Source: Octopus bimaculoides
Taxonomy: Eukaryota
DNA: 58,269 nt
Assembly: GCF_001194135.2 (NCBI RefSeq)
Contig: NC_068992.1
Coordinates: forward strand, 61,343,496-61,401,764
Direction: 5' to 3'
In this document: positions 50,660 to 58,269 of the stretch, piece after piece
How positions within the stretch are numbered: position 1 is the stretch's first letter
Layout: every line of letters starts with the position of its first letter
The notes under the pieces: model-generated
What the model was told of the DNA's origin: nothing
Databases searched by the model: none
The model's input: only the letters and a program-made list of their open reading frames with translations
Program-made: the position numbers and the translations under genes

Positions 50660-51290
50660 TGTACAAAAAATAGACTCCCTCTAATGTCAGGAGGAAACCC
50701 TTATAAGAGTTAGACAGTTTCTGTTACTTAGGCACCCAAGTTAGCAATAGTGGAGGTTGTTCCGAAAGTATAGCTTCTAGAATAGGAATGGGCTGGGCAA
50801 AGTTCAGAGAGCTACTACTTCTGTTAGTAATGAAGGGCCTTTTCCTCAGAGTGAAAGGCAGACTGTTTGATGCCTCTGTATGAACAGCTATACTACATGG
50901 CAATGAGACATGGGCTGTGATGACTGAGGATATGCAAAGGCTTGAAAGAAATGAAGCCAACATATTCTTTTGGATGGGTAACATTGGCATTGTGTAAGTG
51001 ATTTGAGAGAAAAACTGAGTATATGAGGCATCAGAAGTAGTGTGCAAGAGAGATGACTGTGCTGGTATGGCCATGTTATGCATATAAATGAAGACAGTTG
51101 CATCAAGAGGTGCCAATATCTAAATGTGGAAGGAACATGTGAAAGGGCTAGACCCAGGAAGACGTGGGACAAAGTGGTGAGAAATGATCTTCAGATATTG
51201 GGCCATGCAGAGGGGTTGACAAAAGAACGAGACTTCTGGTAGTTTGCTGTGCTTGAAAAGAGACATCAAGGTAAGTGAGATCATGGTTGT
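50660..51290 (+). mobile_element. RTE-clade LINE 3' remnant
   Basis: Reverse ORF of SRIGMGWAKFRELLLLLVMKGLFLRVKGRLFDASV and WYGHVMH..EDSCIK motifs. Confidence 0.85.
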
Positions 51291-51613
51291 CCTTGCATAC
51301 AGGTATGTACCCTTCATCCCTCTTCAGCCACATGATCCTAATCTTGTCGGGCTTGTGGGTGCTGATGCCACGTAAAAGCACCTGTGCCAGTGTTGCACAA
51401 AAGCACCCAGTACACTCAGTAAAGTGGCTGGCATTAGGAAGGGCATCCAACCGTAGAAAACATGCCAATACAGACATGGAGCCTGGGTAGCTCTTCAGTT
51501 GGCCAGCTCCTGTCAAACCATTCAACCTATACCTGTATGGAAAATGATGTTAAAAGATGATGGTGATGATGATAATGATGATGAAGATGATAGATAGATA
51601 GAGTGATAGAGAG

Positions 51614-51660
<47 letters not shown>

Positions 51661-52849
51661 CAAACATGTATATGCACACCACCTTCTGCAATAATATCAG
51701 TGAAACAGTGAACTGAAGACAGTTTACCAATTTAGCTTTATTGAGTGCATCATGTATCATCTCATCAGATGCCAAGATCAACAAAGTCAAAGCATGTGCA
51801 TTTGGCAGAATGTAGAACAGAATCAAGCACAGCAAATATTTGTTGGAAACCACAGAATTTAGTGTGTATAAAACCAGTGTACTGAATAGCCTCCTGTATT
51901 CCTCCACGCCCTGGGTCACTTATTGTCACCACATACAGCTCCTTAAGAGCTTCTACCATTACTCCTCTCCCTTTCTCTTTCTATCTCTGTCTCATTCCTC
52001 GCTCTCTGACCCAACATTATCCATTAAAATTTCATTTGTGATGCCCTGACTCAACTCTAGCCTGCCATTTGCCCTTCCAAACCAAGTTTCCTATATTCCA
52101 GCTTTTTATTTTATGTTGTTTGTTTTGCCATTTTCTTTTCTTTCTTTCATCAAAAGCAGTGCAGTCAATGCCATTGAGGTACCAAAACAATGCTTTCAAA
52201 TAATAGGTTAAATTCTTCTCCAACACATTTGCTCCCAGTCTGTCTCTCAAATTGATATTACATCAGCCACAGTTTACTAAACATATTGCTACATTAAATA
52301 TTTATCTAACAATAAGAATCCTACTTAATTGCCTGTTTAATGAATGTCAAGATTACAAAATTGGCTCTTTCAATCTTTTGTAGATCTGTTTTTTCATTTT
52401 CTGGTTTTTTTTTTTTTTCGCATGTGTGTGTGTGTTTTGGCCAGGGAGTGAGGTGCAGAATGGGGATTGATTATCAAATTTCAAGATTTGTGGNNNNNNN
52501 NNNAACCTAACTTGGTTTATCTGACAATTTCAAAATATGAAAAGGGGAAGAATGGGCATCTGTTTATTAGATAACTGCATACAAGCGCGTGCGCACACAC
52601 ACACACACACACAAGCACGCGTTGTACAAATAATCAGTTGCTGGAACTCAGTATGCTTAGATTTTGCAGTAAACCAGTACAATGTGTAATATCAATTGAT
52701 AAATGAATAGCAGAAGAATTGTAGCTATTGTCTCCCCTGCACTGTTTCTCACTGTTCAGGTGCTATCCTATTGGGACCAGACTATAAAGGATAGCAGACC
52801 AATAGATACACAGACAGGAGGGATACCTAATATAAGTGCCACTAATAGA

Positions 52850-53290
52850 GGTAATAGTAATAAGGATAGAAATCTCTGTAATTGTGGTAAAAATAAAATT
52901 TGTCCCTTAAATACACAATGTTTCAGGAAGAATTTAGTATATTGATGTAGGATTACATCAGAGGGGAATTCTATAGAAGTGGAACTTTGACAAGCTTTAA
53001 ATTGAGACTGGCAAATAATTTAAATTCATTTAAGGACAGAGGTAAGATGAATAACTCTAGCTTGAGCAAGTTCATCTGGCTTCTTGAGGAGAAAAATGCT
53101 AACTTTAGGGAAAAAATTAGGACAGTTATACCTTATAGAACATGTGCATAGAAGAAATGTGCCAGATCTTTACATCAAAACACCAATTGCTTAACAGTAG
53201 ACTAGAACAAGCCTTGAGATGTTTACACCTTCATGAGAAAAGCTTTAAGCATTTTCATACAGGTATCAGATAAGATAATATCTAATACAC
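52850..53290 (+). mobile_element. Penelope-like GIY-YIG endonuclease region remnant
   Basis: CNCGKNKICPLNTQCFRKNLVY*...FKLRLANNLNSFK...SSLSKFIWLLEEK resembles Penelope CNC..CPL..C...Y and S.LSK.IW motifs. Confidence 0.7.
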
Positions 53291-53299
53291 AAAAGAAAG

Positions 53300-54720
53300 G
53301 TGCCAAATGATGGAGATATATGTTAAGATCACTAAGAGCAATCATACCAACATAATCAGCTGCTACAAGGGCAAGGGAGATGCCTTAGAAGTAATTAGAG
53401 AAGCATTGAATTTCTGGAAAGTTGCAAAGAGAGTTATAGCCCAATTAATTAGGAACAGAATTAGACTAGATCAAATACAGTTTGACACAAAGGATGCTAT
53501 TTTCAAAGTCAAGCAACTGCAAGAGAAGTATTTTTTGCTAAAAACAAGCCATTGTACTTGGTATTTGTTAACCTAGAGAAAGCCTTCAGCAGAGTACCTT
53601 GTTCTGTGATATAGTGGTCTCTGAGAAAGCTTGGGATAGACGAATGGCTTGTGAAAGCAGTACAGACTGTTAGTAAGGTAAGAGTTGGCCATAGATACAG
53701 TGACGAATTTAGATACAGATAGGTGTCCAACAAGAATCACTCCTCAGCCCCTTCATATTTATCATCATTTTCCAGGGCATAACAGAGGAATTTAAGACTG
53801 GAAACTCATGGGAACTCCTATATGTTGATGATCTTGCCCTCATAGCAGAATCTGTAACAGAATTAGAAAAGAAATTCCAGGTGTGGAAACAGAACCCAGA
53901 CACAAAGCGTCTTAATGTAAACTTAACAAGAAATTGAACTGGACTCTTCAACCATCAGATAAATGGACTTGCTCGATATATCAGAAGGGTGTAGACAGAA
54001 ACTCCATTCAGTGTACCCAGTGCAAGCTATGGACATACAAGAGGTGCAGTAGAATAATTTGAAGATTAACAGGGAAAGTAGTGTTTGTATGTGGAAGCTA
54101 TAAAGGAGCCATAATGACCACAGATACTGATTTCCTTAAATATTGTGGTGGCTCTCTGGAAGTTGTAGATAGTTTTTGCTACCCAGGTGACCTAATTAGC
54201 AGTGGAGGAGGTTGCACAGAAAGTGTAATTGCTAGAAGAATAGGATTTAGAAAGTTCAGAGAGCTTTTACCTCTGTTGGCAATCAAAGGTCTCTTTCTCT
54301 CTTCAAGTGAAGGGAAGATTGCATGATGCATGTGTACAAATTGTGATACTGCTTGGTAGAGATACATGGGTCCTGAATGTGGAGAACATGCAAAGGCTAG
54401 AAAGGAATGAAGTTGGTATGCTCCATGTGGATGTGTGATGTCAGTGTGCATGTGCAACAGAGCATTGGTGTATTGAGAGAAAAGCTAGGCATAAGGGGAA
54501 TTATATGTAGCATGCAAGAGAGAAAACTGCACTGGTTTGATCAGGTGATGAAGATGAATAAGGGCAGTTGCATAAAGAAATGTCGATTACTTAAAGTGGA
54601 GGGAATCTCTAGAAGAGAGAGCTCCAGGAAGACATGGGACAAAGTATTGAAGGCTGATCTCAGGACACTGAACCTTACAAAGGAAATAACAGAGGACTGA
54701 AATATGCGATGCATTGCTGA
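53300..54720 (+). mobile_element. RTE-clade LINE, RT domain to C-terminus, degenerate
   Basis: FVNLEKAFSRVP, GVQQESLLSP, WELLYVDDLALIAES (YADD-like) and REKLGIRGIICSMQERKLHWF...RKTW. Confidence 0.92.
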
Positions 54721-55214
54721 ACTCAAGAATACCCACCCACAACAAAACTTGAGATCCTAAAATCAAGGTGCAACATAAAAAGCACTACTATGGGTGCTAG
54801 TACCATGTAAAAAATACTGGTGATGGTGTCACATAAAAAGTATCCAGTGAACTCTGTAGCGTGGTTCACATCAGGAAGCGCATCCAGCCATAGAAACCAA
54901 ACCAAAACAGACCATAGAACCTAGTGTAGCCACTGGCCTTGCCCCATTCTTGTCAATATTTCCAACCCATGCCAGCATGGAAAACAGAGGTTAAATGTTG
55001 ATGGCGATGAGTAACTACCTTTTATCTTCCACTGATTTCAGTCATTTAACTGTGGCTATGCTGGAGCTTCCACCTTGCAGAGTTTTAACAAAATAAATCA
55101 ATCCCAGTATTTATTTAAGTCTACTACTTATTCTATCAGTCTCTTTTGCCAAACTGCTAGATTGCAGGGATTTAAACAAACCAGCACCAGTTTTCCAGTG
55201 ATGGGGAGAAAAAC

Positions 55215-55251
<37 letters not shown>

Positions 55252-55897
55252 GGTCAAAGTCATTCTAATAATTTACAATTGATTTGGTATGGCATTGCTT
55301 CCTCTTTCACTTGCCATATATAACTGATTATTGTGAAAGAGGATCTATGATTATTTAGCTTGATCTTGTGTACTCAAACAGTAAAATATTTGGATGCTGC
55401 CCACATGAGCAAAAATTTGTTTTGTCAATGTGGTGAACCCCATTTTTTTTATTAGAGAATGACATACATGTATAATAAACAGGAATGATAAAGTTATGGC
55501 TAACAATCATAGTTGACAACAATACATGGGAAATAACTCTTCAATTCCTCCCTGGAAATGCTATAATTTTTCACTATTTTTCACTGTCCTGTTCCTTTTT
55601 CTTTTTTACTGGCACCGAGTCAAACAAGGTCCATACATACTTCCACCATAAAAGAAGCTACACGCTTCCAGAAATAATGTCTGAAGAGTCATCAATATTA
55701 CCAAGTGCAATACTCAGAGTGCATTGAATGGTAACATTCTGTCCAGCTATGTGCCATAAGTAGTAATACACTGCACCATGGTATAAAATAAAACCATTGT
55801 ATTTTTAATACTGAGTGTGCTTTTTCCTGGCTTATGGACAACTATTTGATAATACACATATATACCTACACACATATGTGTGCGTGTGCGTGCGTGC

Positions 55898-55933
<36 letters not shown>

Positions 55934-56699
55934 CTATATATATATATATATATNNNNNNNNNNNNNNNNNNNNNNNNNNNNNNNNNNNNNNNNNNNNNNN
56001 NNNNNNNNNNNNNNNNNNNNNNNNNNNNNNTACTTAATTCATCTATTATATGATGAAATAACAAAAACAAATATAACTTAATAAATCAAAAAATAAAAAC
56101 AAAAAAAAGAAAATATAACTGATAAAATGATAGTAGATATTTTTTCTTCATTTGATGATCATAATTCAACAACCTTATATCCCAGTGCATAACTGGTACT
56201 TATTTAATCGACCCCAGAAGGTTGAAAGGCAAAGTCGACCTCAGCGGAATTTGTACTCAGAATGTAACGACAGACGAAATGCCACTAAACATTTCGCCTG
56301 GCTTGCTAACGATTCTGCCAGCTCGCCGCCCTTAGACACAACAAATATTGGCTGTCAATTTCACTTTTCATTACCACACGAGGATAAAATTAACTCACAA
56401 ATGGCTGAGTACTCCACGGACATGCATAGCATTAACATAGTTTTCATGGAGATTCAGCCTCACACAAAATATAACAAGGCTGGCCCCTTTGAATTACAGC
56501 TACAACTCGAGACATATTTATATGAATGTATTTGTGTGTGTGTGTATAGTTTAGGTTAGTTAAAACATATTTGCAATAATAAGTGTCATGTGGTGGAAAT
56601 AAACACAATTACCAAACTTTCATTCATAAATCTATTTATTATTTTGTTCTTTTGCATTTCAATTTGTACATTTGTACCCAGAAGTTTTCAACAACTGCA

Positions 56700-57360
56700 T
56701 GCCAGAAGAAATGGAAAAACGAATAATTCTGACTGTCTTGCAATAAATGAAAAAGTTCTTAATATTATACCAGAGGCACTTAAAATGTACTTAAGCACAG
56801 GTTCAGTGTTCTGCATTAATGAAGAGGAGGTTCAGAACTATCCATCTGAATTCATAAACTCACTCAATCCATCCAGTATGCCTCCTCATCGCCTCAAATT
56901 AAAAGTAGGAGCTATTGTAATGCTGCTGAGAAATTTTCTGATCAGTCAAGGATTATGTAATGGAACTCGCATGAAAGTGCAAAGACTTCATGAACATTGT
57001 GTAGAGGCATCATTGGTAACAAGCTCCACCAGAGGTCGTACAGTTCTAATTCCTAGAATTAAACTTAACCCAAGTGATGCAAATATTCCATTCAGTTTCC
57101 ACTTCGACTTGCATATTCAATGATAATTAATAAGGCTCAAGGGCAAACATCTGAAAAAGTTGGAATACATTTATCTCAACCGGTATTTTCTCATGGCCAA
57201 TTATATGTCACATTTTCAAGAGCACGAGTTACGAACAATATCAAAGGAAGAGTTATAACACTCAATTGGGATAATAGACAAGGCCAAAAATGTGGTGTGA
57301 CATACACACAAAATATTGTCTACCATGAAGTACTGTGAGGAAGACCACCGCATCAGCTAG
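56700..57360 (+). mobile_element. Helitron PIF1-like helicase C-terminal remnant
   Basis: YPSEFINSLNPSSMPPHRLKLKVGAIVMLLRN..GLCNGTR, VLIPRIKLNPSD and (fs) IINKAQGQT.EKVGI.L..PVFSHGQLYV.FSRA...NIVYHEVL; CTAG about 20 nt after the stop. Confidence 0.92.
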
Positions 57361-58231
57361 CATCACCACCACACCAGCCAATCCATCATTACACATCCAC
57401 AATACACCTTTAAGATCAAGGAACCAGTTAGGGGCTCGTTGGATCTCTCTCGGCATACCAGCAAACCACAAAATCACACCAGCCAGTATCACCACTACCT
57501 CCGAACCTATCATATATATATCTGTATGTGTGTGTGTGTTTGTGGCCACCATCAAAGGACTGAAACACGTAAAAGAGTAAAAGAATACCAGGAAAAACGT
57601 TCTGTACCACTAAACCAAGAAGGTTCTTTGAATATGATGTATTTTAAGGTTAAGTAGTAATTCTGTTTACGTTTGTGTAACTGAAGCATTTTGGTTGGAT
57701 TATATAGTCATTAGTGTTACCTTACTTTGTATATTCTGTAACTGTCACAGTATAGTTTTCTAGGTCTGAAATTTTTGTGGGGAGGGCCAGTTGATTAGAT
57801 AGACCGCAGTTTACAACTGGTACTTAATTTATCGACTCCGAAAATGAAAGGTAAAGTCGACCTCGGCAGAATTTGAGCTCAGAACACAAAGACAGACGGT
57901 CATAATATACAAACATTTCTCATGGCACCAATACACTGTTTACAGATGCTTATATTTTTTTTGTTGGTCAAACTAAAGCGTTTGACCTGGTGACAAAAAT
58001 TAAAAAAAAAAAAGTCTAATAGGTGTAAAACAACTTGCTGGGAACGAATATGAAGAAAAAAATGCGCGCTCGAAAACGGGGTGTGGGTAGAGGGCTTGGA
58101 ACATTCACATCGTGAATGTTCCGAGACGCCTCACTGGAGTCAAGAAACAAAAGAAAAATAGTGTAATAGATGTAAAACGACTTGCTTTGAAAGAATATCA
58201 AGAACACACACACACACACATATAACATATA

Positions 58232-58267
<36 letters not shown>

Positions 58268-58269
58268 TA

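Noticed and set aside
1-58269. CRISPR arrays, operons or other prokaryotic systems
   Set aside because: The sequence is spliced eukaryotic DNA with no regularly spaced repeat-spacer arrays. The IS1595-like motif is explained by a eukaryotic Merlin element.

Overview
AT-rich, microsatellite- and transposon-dense animal genomic DNA from a gapped draft assembly. The SINE/LINE landscape resembles a coleoid cephalopod such as Octopus (inference, not database-confirmed). One real protein-coding gene is present: an alpha-arrestin (arrestin domain-containing, ARRDC-like) gene on the minus strand, CDS join complement(23577..23694, 8823..8969, 7915..8141, 5834..6016, 3751..3933, 665..887). All introns are GT-AG with consistent phases (1,1,0,0,0,1); 360 codons are visible and the last exon(s) lie left of position 1. 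The right half holds an inverted, collinear, decayed duplicate of the intron1-exon2-intron2 part of this gene (about 34.95-41.97 kb) with a pseudogenised exon 2 at 41361-41491. Unexpectedly, an intron-1 segment is nearly identical between the two copies while exon 2 is only about 70% identical. That segment overlaps a 221-nt exon-like unit with strong splice sites and an immediate in-frame stop (candidate poison exon). The remainder is a U6 snRNA pseudogene, SINEs, and remnants of mariner, hAT, Merlin, Helitron, Gypsy, Penelope, RTE and RLE-type LINE elements, plus several foldback elements, some containing TTAGGG repeats. Most ORFs in the supplied track are microsatellite or N-gap artefacts. 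All identities are hand or eye estimates; no searches were run.
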